Source of the DNA: Candidatus Sulfopaludibacter sp.
GTDB taxonomy: Bacteria; Verrucomicrobiota; Verrucomicrobiia; Limisphaerales; UBA11358
Assembly (NCBI GenBank): GCA_035508155.1
Contig: DATJNM010000058.1
Location: 316 to 64,315, forward strand
Length of the DNA stretch: 64,000 bases
Direction: 5' to 3'
This document shows, piece after piece, positions 46,001 to 52,943 of the stretch (positions within the stretch are counted from its first letter, which is position 1; the number at the start of each line of letters is the position of its first letter). The translations under genes were made by a program, and so were the position numbers. The notes under the pieces were generated by a model. The model ran no database searches and had not been told where the DNA came from. It saw only the letters and a list, made by a program, of their open reading frames with translations.

Positions 46001-47467
46001 TGGTGCGAAAACATCCCGCATCCGGTCGAGCAGAGCCGCGGCCAAACCGGCAGCGGCGACGCTTACAGTCCGGGCTGGTTTGAACTGCCGCTGCCCAAAG
46101 GCGGAAAGGTTACGCTCGTGGTAACGGCAGAAAAAGCAGAAGAAGATGAACCCCCTCACCCGGCCTCCGGCCGCCCTCTCTCTGCCACGCGGGGAGAAGA
46201 ACGGAGCGGGGGGCGCGTTCAGGAAAATCACTTTGAACAACAACTTCTCCACGCCGCAAAGCAATTCGTCGTCCGCCGGGACGAAGGCAAGACCGTTATT
46301 GCCGGTTATCCCTGGTTTTTGGATTGGGGGCGCGATGCGTTCATCTGCGCGCGCGGTTTGCTCGCCGCCGGAATGGCGGAAGAAGTCAAACAAATCCTGC
46401 TCACGTTCGCAAAGTTGGAGCAGGACGGCACATTGCCGAACGCGCTTTACGGCGACAACACGTCGAACCGCGACACCTCCGACGCGCCGCTCTGGTTCGC
46501 ACTGGCGTGCGAGGAACTGGCTGCTCAAAATTCAAAATTCAAAATTCAAAATTTTTATCGGTCTGATGCGGGGAATGGCCGGACCGTTAGCGACGTGCTG
46601 GCCAGCATTGCGGAAAATTATTCGCGCGGTGTGCCCAGTGGTATCCGTCTGGACGCCGACTCGGCGCTGATTTGGAGTCCGGCCCATTTCACGTGGATGG
46701 ACACGAATCATCCCGCCGGCACACCACGCGAAGGTTATCCGGTGGAAATCCAGGCCTTGTGGATCAGGTTGCTGCGTCAGCTTGAAAAAATTTCCGCGCC
46801 CGCCGAACAAGGAAAGTGGCGGGACCTGGCCGACCGCGCGAACGCTACGTTGGAAAAGCTATTCTGGTTGGAAGACAAGGGCTGGTTTGCGGACGTGTTA
46901 TTGGCCGGTCCTCACGTCGCCGCGCGGGACGGCGTGCCCGGCGATGCGCTCCGCAGCAATTGTCTTTTGCCGATTAGTCTGGGCCTCGTGACCGGCGAAC
47001 GCGCCAAACGCTGCGTTGAGGCCGCGCAAAAATACCTGGTCGTGCCCGGCGCGTTGCGAACGCTCGCTCCCTTGCCCGTGTCTGTACCCCTGCCGGTCTA
47101 TGGCAACGGAAATGGTGAACTATTGAATAATCCCGCCGAGCCGTATTGGCCGCATTACGAAGGCGATGAAGACACGCGCCGCAAACCGGCCTATCACAAT
47201 GGCACGGCGTGGACCTGGACATTGCCACACTTTTGTGAAGCGCTGGCGCGAGCGTGGGATTTTGCGCCGGAAGCGGTCGCAGCGGCAAAGGCATATCTGG
47301 GCAGCATGGAAAAATTGATGAACGAAGGTTGCCTCGGCCAGATCCCTGAAATGCTTGACGGCGACGCGCCGCATGCCCAACGCGGTTGCGATGCGCAGGC
47401 ATGGGGTGTGACGGAAACCCTACGCGTATGGAAATTATTGAATTCGCCCGGCACGCAGGCAAAATAA
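43100..47467 (+). CDS. Fusion protein: GH13 alpha-amylase-family domain plus amylo-alpha-1,6-glucosidase (GDE_C) domain
   Basis: 1455 aa. GH13 regions FLDIVINHTG, GVDGFRCDAGYKIP, FLLEGLGG, YSETHDNDRL. C-terminal GYPWFLDWGRDAFI, DAPLWF, HFTWMD, GYPVEIQALW, YHNGTAWTW are typical of GDE_C. Start uncertain (GTG 43100, ATG 43115 or ATG 43124). Confidence 0.8.
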   Translation: MVKQPMPTMTPVPGDRLVRFVGDHVRFTLRDTTGGGRGLLRTNLGRGTVRRREIIAAHAGGPVPAGASWHDVPMHKNAGAWEIELPLAEAGFFKAKPYLLDSKGWQHWPDGPDVGISVHPDFCRTANVIYCAFTRLFGPTRTAVVAVDPELNFQLNPFDAKGYTVIPPSGKLRDLARQLPHIVQTLGCRILHLLPVHPVPTTYARFGRFGSPYAALDLTAVDPALAEFDQRTTAIDQFCELTFATHALGARVFLDIVINHTGWGAVLQENHPEFFLRNPDGTFASPGAWGVTWGDLAELKQDNLALWDIIADALLTWCRRGVDGFRCDAGYKIPVPAWQYIIARVQEEFPETVFLLEGLGGSWEVTENLLTEGGMQWAYSELFQNYSGSEVANYLDYALRQSSRVGLYVHYSETHDNDRLAKRDRAWSLLRNRLCALTSVNGGFGLTCGVEWLAAEKIKVHDCTGLGWGSSHNIVPELARLNQLLADHPCFFDGAKLTRLSPPDSPVYALLRESAEGKDAVLVLANCDVEKANPLSFSSSAIGRRQLTIDLLGQPLPEISVAQDKITFTLPPGAAFCLASAEMPAGLSGDAYRRARAQAAWALTALSRVVPAEILDDLDWRWLAKQVEHSRENFLAAAAEFAARGATSPLAELLSACEARHIYPRVVVWTLLDRRRVTPVPPGHCLLIQDSAPFRAALRTQNGDAVHFQSIPAGNVHVACFASRQTAAEAELTLERYAATCQKISAAIRFLPAGPRSLTSNLPLPTADSLVLLTNGRGGMARLCLDLGRVNSKYDCVLGANLHPGMPVDRHVFVKRIRAWVNADGFLSPLNAKNLASFAADPPAVWQFVANAGDGHTVEIELRAEMVEGKNTTILEFSRPTAERAIGKQLPADADVRLTLRFDIEDRNFHWETRRNGGADSHFSTNCREIENSKLKTQNRAGFEFTPAPDRQLRVFADAGEYHPQPEWCENIPHPVEQSRGQTGSGDAYSPGWFELPLPKGGKVTLVVTAEKAEEDEPPHPASGRPLSATRGEERSGGRVQENHFEQQLLHAAKQFVVRRDEGKTVIAGYPWFLDWGRDAFICARGLLAAGMAEEVKQILLTFAKLEQDGTLPNALYGDNTSNRDTSDAPLWFALACEELAAQNSKFKIQNFYRSDAGNGRTVSDVLASIAENYSRGVPSGIRLDADSALIWSPAHFTWMDTNHPAGTPREGYPVEIQALWIRLLRQLEKISAPAEQGKWRDLADRANATLEKLFWLEDKGWFADVLLAGPHVAARDGVPGDALRSNCLLPISLGLVTGERAKRCVEAAQKYLVVPGALRTLAPLPVSVPLPVYGNGNGELLNNPAEPYWPHYEGDEDTRRKPAYHNGTAWTWTLPHFCEALARAWDFAPEAVAAAKAYLGSMEKLMNEGCLGQIPEMLDGDAPHAQRGCDAQAWGVTETLRVWKLLNSPGTQAK
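45884..45918. repeat. In-frame heptamer array inside the GH13-GDE gene
   Basis: gaaattg aaaattc aaaactc aaaactc aaaatcg, an AT-rich island in a GC-rich CDS. Encodes EIENSKLKTQNR. Confidence 0.8.
46527..46554. repeat. In-frame heptamer array inside the GH13-GDE gene
   Basis: aaaattc aaaattc aaaattc aaaattt. Encodes QNSKFKIQNF. Confidence 0.85.
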
Positions 47468-47471
47468 CATC

Positions 47472-47957
47472 GTGAATTTCCGTGATAAGCTCATCGCCTG
47501 GGACAACCTGCCGGCCTGGCGTGCAGCCCTGCGCGCCGCCGGCAAACAACTGGTGGTGACCAATGGTTGTTTCGACCTGATCCATGTGGGCCACGTGAGT
47601 TATCTGGAATCGGCGCGCAACCTGGGCAACGCCCTGCTCGTCGGCGTGAACGGGGACGACTCCGCGCGGCAATTGAAGGGTGAGGGCCGCCCGGTGAATA
47701 CGGCAGCGGATCGGGCCGCCGTTCTGGCTGCCCTGGCCAGTGTGGATGGGGTTTGCATTTTTACGGAAAAAACCGCGGTGAAATTTCTGGCATCGGCCCA
47801 GCCGGATCTTTACGTCAAAGGCGGCGACTATGCGCCCGATACGCTGAATCAGGATGAACGCCGCGCGGTCGAGTCGGCCGGCGGGAAAATCGTGATTATT
47901 CCGTTTGTGCCCGGCAAATCCACGACGGCGTTGTTGGAAAAGATTTCGCGGTTGTGA
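47472..47957 (+). CDS. hldC: D-glycero-beta-D-manno-heptose 1-phosphate adenylyltransferase (RfaE domain II type)
   Basis: GTG start. VVTNGCFDLIHVGHVSYLESARNLGNALLVGVNGDDSARQLKGEGRPVN...PDLYVKGGDY...GKSTTALLEKI is colinear with E. coli HldE domain II as I remember it. Confidence 0.85.
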   Translation: MNFRDKLIAWDNLPAWRAALRAAGKQLVVTNGCFDLIHVGHVSYLESARNLGNALLVGVNGDDSARQLKGEGRPVNTAADRAAVLAALASVDGVCIFTEKTAVKFLASAQPDLYVKGGDYAPDTLNQDERRAVESAGGKIVIIPFVPGKSTTALLEKISRL

Positions 47958-48047
47958 AAACGGCAGGGACGCGCCCAGCCCCGAAAGCGTTCGGGGTGAA
48001 CCGCGCCTCCGGCTGGCTGGCCGGTCAGCCCAGTCCATAATTTGATA

Positions 48048-49112
48048 ATGAAAATTCTGGTCATTTCCCTCGCTGGCATCGGCGACACGCTGATCGCCAC
48101 GCCGTTGATCCGCGAGTTGCGCGAGAATTTCCCCGACGCGGCAATTGACGCGCTGGTGAGATGGCCGGGGGCGAAGGATTTGCTGGAACACAATCCCAAC
48201 GTCAACCGCGTGTTCCAGAAAGATCTCATGTCGTGCGGAAAATTTGAGGCGCTGCACTTCTTCCGGCTGTTGCGCCGGGAGCATCACCAGCTCTCCATCA
48301 ACACCCACCCGCAGGGTCCCATGCTCTATCGCGCCGCCGCGTGGCTGGCGGGCGCGGAGGTGCGCATCAGCCATGAATATGAACGCTTTACCTGGCTCGA
48401 CCGGTTGCTGGTCACCGGGACATTGCCGCAGGATTATTCGCGGCATTCAATCGAAAATAATTTTGACGTGCTGCCGTTGATCGGCGCAAAGCAAAAACTG
48501 GCGTCGCCTGAAATGGAATTTTTTCTCGAACCCGGCGACGAGCAGTTGGCGGGCGATTTTCTGGCAAAACACAAACTATCCGGCCAAAGAATTCTCGGCA
48601 TCCATGTCGGCTCCGGTGGAACAAAAAATCTCCGGCTCAAGCGCTGGCCGTTGAAAAACTACGCCGGTCTCGTGCGGCGGTTGAACCAGAAACGGCCGGA
48701 TATCCGGGTCCTGCTTTTCGGCGGGCCGGAGGAAATCAGCGACCACCCGGTGGTCCTGGCGCAGGCGAACCCGGAATTGACGTTGGAAGTCAAAACCCGA
48801 AATCTGCGGCAGACGGCGGCGTTGATGAAGCGGTGCAACGCATTCCTGAGCGTGGACACGGTGCTCATGCACGTTGCCGCGGCGATGAAAGTAACCAATC
48901 AGATTGTCATCGAAGCGCCGACATTGAATCCGACGAACCTGCCTTATGGTAATCCGTTCACGCTGGTGAAAAACCCGGCCGTGGCAGGGCGGAATCTGGA
49001 TTATTACCGCTACGATGGCCGGGACATTAAAGGCACGCGCGAGGAATTGCTGGCGTGCATGGCGTCCATCACGATTGAAGGAGTTTTTGAAACGGTGACA
49101 AGGCTGCTGTGA
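48048..49112 (+). CDS. Glycosyltransferase family 9 (heptosyltransferase-like)
   Basis: MKILVISLAGIGDTLIATPLIRELRENFPDA is the classic GT9 N-terminus. The track start 48042 is a TTG; ATG 48048 is preferred. Confidence 0.85.
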   Translation: MKILVISLAGIGDTLIATPLIRELRENFPDAAIDALVRWPGAKDLLEHNPNVNRVFQKDLMSCGKFEALHFFRLLRREHHQLSINTHPQGPMLYRAAAWLAGAEVRISHEYERFTWLDRLLVTGTLPQDYSRHSIENNFDVLPLIGAKQKLASPEMEFFLEPGDEQLAGDFLAKHKLSGQRILGIHVGSGGTKNLRLKRWPLKNYAGLVRRLNQKRPDIRVLLFGGPEEISDHPVVLAQANPELTLEVKTRNLRQTAALMKRCNAFLSVDTVLMHVAAAMKVTNQIVIEAPTLNPTNLPYGNPFTLVKNPAVAGRNLDYYRYDGRDIKGTREELLACMASITIEGVFETVTRLL

Positions 49113-49120
49113 ATTTCATT

Positions 49121-49141
49121 TTCGATTTACGATATACGATT
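49121..49141. repeat. Heptamer-phased micro-array (left arm) between convergent genes
   Basis: ttcgatt tacgata tacgatt read directly from the sequence. Confidence 0.75.
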
Positions 49142-49176
49142 CAACCGCTGACGTGGAGATTCAGGCGACCGCGCAG

Positions 49177-49199
49177 ATCGTAAATCCTATATCGTAAAT
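49177..49199. repeat. Heptamer-phased micro-array (right arm, inverted)
   Basis: atcgtaa atcctat atcgtaa at. TATATCGTAAAT (49188-49199) is the exact reverse complement of ATTTACGATATA (49125-49136). Confidence 0.75.
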
Positions 49200-49201
49200 T
49201 C

Positions 49202-49921
49202 TCACAGGGAAAACCCGGCGGCTTTGGCATCCACGGCGAACATTTTCACGGTGTCCAGTGACATTTCCGGCAAGCCGGTTCCCACCAGCTTCATCGCCTT
49301 GTTCAGAATGTCATGGGGCACGGTGACAATTTTGCAGTCGCATTCCTCCGCCTGAAAAATATTGAGCACTTCCCGGACGCTGGCCCAAAGCAACTCGGCT
49401 TGCGGCAGCCCCGCGAGGATTTTATTCGCATTGCGCATGTGCGGCATTGGATCCTCGCCAACATCCGCGATGCGGCCGGCGAACACGGACACCACGGCGG
49501 GCACCTTGGAATTGAGCGCCTTGGCCACCCCGGTCACCTGTTCCTCGGTGAACATGGCGGTGATATTAAGCTTCACGCCTTCCTGAGCCAGTTCACGGAC
49601 CAAGGGCAGGGAAGATTCGCCGCGTGTGTTGGTGATGGGAATTTTAACATAGACATTTTTGGCCCAGTCCTTGATTTTCAGCGCCTGCCGCCGCATTTCG
49701 GGAAACTCGTCGGAAAAGACCTCAAACGAAATCGGCTTTTCCGTGATGCTTTTCAAGAGGTCGCGGGCAAAGGCCTCGTAATCATGCACGCCCGCCTTGC
49801 GCATGAGCGAAGGATTGGTGGTCATGCCCTTGATGAGCGGGTTGCTGTTCAACTGGAGCATCCCGGCTTTGTCCGCGCCGTCGGCGAAAAGTTTCACTTT
49901 GAGACTGGCTAGATTCTTCAT
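49202..49921 (-). CDS. Transaldolase family protein (short Fsa/TalC-like type)
   Basis: KLFADGAD, GMTTNPSL, Schiff-base lysine context NVYVKIPITN. Start set to ATG 49921 (MKNLASLK). Confidence 0.8.
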   Translation of the reverse strand: MKNLASLKVKLFADGADKAGMLQLNSNPLIKGMTTNPSLMRKAGVHDYEAFARDLLKSITEKPISFEVFSDEFPEMRRQALKIKDWAKNVYVKIPITNTRGESSLPLVRELAQEGVKLNITAMFTEEQVTGVAKALNSKVPAVVSVFAGRIADVGEDPMPHMRNANKILAGLPQAELLWASVREVLNIFQAEECDCKIVTVPHDILNKAMKLVGTGLPEMSLDTVKMFAVDAKAAGFSL

Positions 49922-49959
49922 GTGGCAGACAACATAAAACAACCCGGCCAATCTTCAAC

Positions 49960-50523
49960 TTATTTTGCGGCGGCCAGGATTATTTCGGCCGCTTCCAGCA
50001 AATTTTTAACGCGAAAATCGGGCTGCCGTTTCAATCCCTCGGCATAACCGCGGTCAATGAAAATCGTCCGGCACCCGGCCGCTTGTCCGCAATCCACGTC
50101 GCGCCAGCGGTCGCCGATCATCCAGCTCTGCGCCAGGTTGAGGCCCAGTTCACGCGCGGCGCGCAGCAACATGCCGGGCTTTGGTTTGCGGCAATCGCAA
50201 TCCGACAAACCTTTGCCCGGATGATAGCAAACCTCCACACGGTCCAGCGGCAACCGCCGGCACATCTCCGCGTGAATCTCCTCGACCGCCTCCTGTTTCA
50301 GAGTACCGCGGCCAACGTCAGGCTGATTGGTGGCGACGACCAGCAGAAAACCGGCCTGTTTCAAGCGTCGGCAGGCTTCCGGCACTTCGGGGTAAATTTC
50401 GAATTCATCCAAATTCGTCGAGGGATACGGTTTGCCATCGCGTTGCAAGGCGCGGTTGATAACACCGTCGCGGTCGAGGAAAATGGCGCGACTCCTTTCC
50501 GCTTTTACTTCGTGGATTCCCAT
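49960..50523 (-). CDS. gmhB: D-glycero-D-manno-heptose 1,7-bisphosphate phosphatase (HAD-IIIA)
   Basis: AIFLDRDGVIN, VVATNQPDVGRG, CYHP...CDCRKPKPGML, MIGDRWRDV. Confidence 0.85.
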   Translation of the reverse strand: MGIHEVKAERSRAIFLDRDGVINRALQRDGKPYPSTNLDEFEIYPEVPEACRRLKQAGFLLVVATNQPDVGRGTLKQEAVEEIHAEMCRRLPLDRVEVCYHPGKGLSDCDCRKPKPGMLLRAARELGLNLAQSWMIGDRWRDVDCGQAAGCRTIFIDRGYAEGLKRQPDFRVKNLLEAAEIILAAAK

Positions 50524-51101
50524 TTGGTCTGGGCCACCTTGAGCTTGGGATGGGAAACAAACAAATGCCAGATGACGGCCTGAAATGCCTCACTATGCGG
50601 CGTGACGTGAGCCGGATTCACCGTCGGCACAATCACACAGGCCGTGGCCTCCCGAGCCGTGTAACCGCCGTCGCGCCCGACGACGCCAATGACGGAAGCC
50701 CTCGCCTTTTTGGCGAGTTGGATGGCGCTGACCAGATTCGGGCTGACGTTTTTCTCCAAATTGCCGCCGCCGACGGAAAAAATCAGCAAGCCGTCCTTTC
50801 CATTCAAGTGGCTGCCCTTGAGCCATTCGGCAAAAATCGTTGCCCAGCCTTCGTCGTTGGTTCGCGCAGTCAATTCGGAAACGTTGTCCGTGGGCGCGTA
50901 AGCTTCGAACCCGCAGATTTTGCGGAAATCGTTCACGGCGTGACCGGCGTTGCCCGCGCTGCCGCCGACGCCGAGGATGAACAACCGGCCGCCGCGCTCG
51001 CGGATTTTAGCGAGTTCGTCGGCGGCTTTTTCAATGGCGTCAACGTTCAGTTGGGCGACGACCTGCTGGACTTCATCAAGGAATTCTTTGGCAAAACTCA
51101 T
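50505..51101 (-). CDS. gmhA: Sedoheptulose 7-phosphate isomerase (SIS domain)
   Basis: RLFILGVGGSAGNAGHAVNDF, LLIFSVGGG, VIGVVGRDGG. Sits next to gmhB. Confidence 0.85.
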   Translation of the reverse strand: MSFAKEFLDEVQQVVAQLNVDAIEKAADELAKIRERGGRLFILGVGGSAGNAGHAVNDFRKICGFEAYAPTDNVSELTARTNDEGWATIFAEWLKGSHLNGKDGLLIFSVGGGNLEKNVSPNLVSAIQLAKKARASVIGVVGRDGGYTAREATACVIVPTVNPAHVTPHSEAFQAVIWHLFVSHPKLKVAQTKWESTK

Positions 51102-51122
51102 GAGAATTTCAAATTACGAATT
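51102..51122. repeat. Heptamer-phased micro-array abutting the gmhA start codon
   Basis: gagaatt tcaaatt acgaatt (NNNAATT x3), immediately 5' of the gmhA ATG on the minus strand. Confidence 0.65.
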
Positions 51123-51247
51123 TCGGACGCCGAATGGAAGCAAAGTTTGCGCCATAATCAGAGGGGCAGGGCGGGTGTCCTCACGAGCCGCTGTTTCATT
51201 GGACGCTGTTAACAGGAACCGGCTCGCGGGCGCGCTCGCCCCACCAG

Positions 51248-51964
51248 TCAAATCGCCTTCCGCCCCAGCAAGGCTTCCAATTCCGCCAAGCCCGGCGGCG
51301 AACCGATTTCGTAGAAGCGTTCGTGCACTTCATAGCCGGCCAATTGCCTTTCATGGACCAGCCGGCCCATGACTTCGGCCAGATCCAGGGGCTGATCCGA
51401 GGGGTACGAATTGAACGCCTCCGCCTTGAACAGGCTCAAGCCATAATCAATATAGTGCATTTCCGGCAGGCGCTTTTTCTTGTCATAAACCGCGATTTCA
51501 CCGTCGCGGAAAACGACGTTGCTGGTGTCGTATTTGCCTTCGTTGCGATAGACCGTCATCAAACCGCGCTTGCCGCTGCGATGAAAAAAATCCGCAATCG
51601 GCTGGTATGCCACCGGCAAATACGAATCGCCATAGAGCACAAAAAAATCGCCGCCGAGCAAAGGCAAAGCTCGTTTGATCGCGCCACCGGTGCCGAGCAA
51701 TCTGGGACCGTCAAACGAATAATCAAGTTGCACACCAAACGCCGAACCATCGCCGAATTCGCGTTGAATCATTTTGCCGAGATACCCGACACACAACACG
51801 ACGCGATGAATGCCTCGCGAACGCATCAATTCAAGCTGTTGCGCCAGGAATGGTTTTCCGGCCACCGGCACCAGCGACTTGGGAATTTTTTCCGTGATGG
51901 GCCGCAATCGGGTTGCGAGCCCACCTGCAAGAACGGCGACGGGAATTTCAACCGAGGCACTCAC
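51248..51964 (-). CDS. hddC: Sugar-phosphate nucleotidyltransferase (D-glycero-alpha-D-manno-heptose 1-phosphate guanylyltransferase-like)
   Basis: AVLAGGLATRLRPITEKIPKSLVPVAGKPFL, GTGGAI. 238 aa. The GTG start overlaps the hddA stop (GTGA). The heptose context supports HddC. Confidence 0.7.
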   Translation of the reverse strand: MSASVEIPVAVLAGGLATRLRPITEKIPKSLVPVAGKPFLAQQLELMRSRGIHRVVLCVGYLGKMIQREFGDGSAFGVQLDYSFDGPRLLGTGGAIKRALPLLGGDFFVLYGDSYLPVAYQPIADFFHRSGKRGLMTVYRNEGKYDTSNVVFRDGEIAVYDKKKRLPEMHYIDYGLSLFKAEAFNSYPSDQPLDLAEVMGRLVHERQLAGYEVHERFYEIGSPPGLAELEALLGRKAI

Positions 51965-52941
51965 GAAATCAGCAGCTTGGTGCCTTCGAAATCAAAACGG
52001 AAGCGCACTTCCTTCAGGCCCGTCGTGCGCATGACGTGGCGCAGCCGGGCTTTGTCCTCCGCGTAAAACATCAGGAAACCGCCGCCGCCCGCGCCGATGA
52101 GTTTGCCGCCCAGCGCGCCATTGGCCATGGCGAGGTCATACCACTCGTTGATTTTGGGATTGCTCATGCCGCCGCTGCGCTGTTTCTTGCGCTGCCAATG
52201 CACGTCCATCAACCGCGCGAACTCGGGCAGATCGCCGGATTCCAAGGCGTGCTGGCTCTTCAGACCGAGATCTTTGACGAAGTGCAGGTTTTCAATCATC
52301 GCCGCGTCGGACTGTTTTGATTTCTGGTCCTGCTCCTTCAAGATGGCCGAGGCGGAGCGCGAATAGCCGGTGAAAAACAGCAATAAATTGTCTTCGAGGT
52401 TGTCGCGGGTTTCGTTGGAAATTTTCAGCGGCCACGCTTCCACCTTGCCATCCGGCAAGAATTTGAAACAGGTGACACCGCCGTACGCGGCAATGTATTG
52501 ATCCTGTTTGCCGATGGGCTCCTTCAGACGATTCAGTTCGATGTCACAGGCTTGGGCAGCCAGTTCGGCGGGGTGGACGAGATTTTTCTGGTAGGCGTGC
52601 AATGCCTTGAGCAACGACGTGGTAAAACTGCCGGATGAACCCAGTCCCGTGCCTGCCGGAATATCGGCCATGGACGCCAGCTCCAACCCGCAGCCGTTCA
52701 TACCCAGCATGGCGAACGCCTCGCGAATAATCGGATGCTCCACTTTGGCAGCGTCCGCCACGCGCTCGAGACGCGAATACTTCACGATCAAATCCGGCGT
52801 GAAATTGTCGTGGAGCGTGATATAAACGTACTTGTCAACGGCGGCGGCGATGAGAAAGCCGCCGAATTTTTCGTAATACGACGGCAAATCCGTGCCGCCA
52901 CCGCCGAGGGTAACGCGCAGGGGGGAACGTGCAATGATCAT
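51961..52941 (-). CDS. hddA: GHMP kinase (D-glycero-alpha-D-manno-heptose 7-phosphate kinase-like)
   Basis: MIIARSPLRVTLGGGGTDLPSYY, GHMP motif IPAGTGLGSSGSFTTS, GGKLIGAGGGGFLMF. Confidence 0.72.
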   Translation of the reverse strand: MIIARSPLRVTLGGGGTDLPSYYEKFGGFLIAAAVDKYVYITLHDNFTPDLIVKYSRLERVADAAKVEHPIIREAFAMLGMNGCGLELASMADIPAGTGLGSSGSFTTSLLKALHAYQKNLVHPAELAAQACDIELNRLKEPIGKQDQYIAAYGGVTCFKFLPDGKVEAWPLKISNETRDNLEDNLLLFFTGYSRSASAILKEQDQKSKQSDAAMIENLHFVKDLGLKSQHALESGDLPEFARLMDVHWQRKKQRSGGMSNPKINEWYDLAMANGALGGKLIGAGGGGFLMFYAEDKARLRHVMRTTGLKEVRFRFDFEGTKLLIS

Positions 52942-52943
52942 AA

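Noticed and set aside
46141-46215. Low-complexity insertion EDEPPHPASGRPLSATRGEERSGGRVQE in the GH13-GDE gene as a REP-like hairpin element
   Set aside because: I looked for complementary arms in CCCCCTCACCCGGCCTCCGGCCGCCCTCTCTC...GGGGAGAAGAACGGAGCGGGGGG. Only short, imperfect pairings turned up, so I cannot support a repeat-element call from this window alone.
47979-47996. Hairpin CCCCGAA-agcg-TTCGGGG after hldC as an intrinsic terminator
   Set aside because: The 7-bp GC-rich stem is real, but it is followed by GTGAACCGCGCC with no U-tract, and the GT9 gene follows 50 nt later on the same strand. It is more likely an incidental or intra-operon structure.
46974-48446. 490-aa minus-strand ORF spanning the GDE 3' end, hldC and the GT9 5' end
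   Set aside because: It crosses three well-supported plus-strand genes and two intergenic gaps. The product is Arg/Pro/Gly-rich, the typical GC-rich shadow frame.
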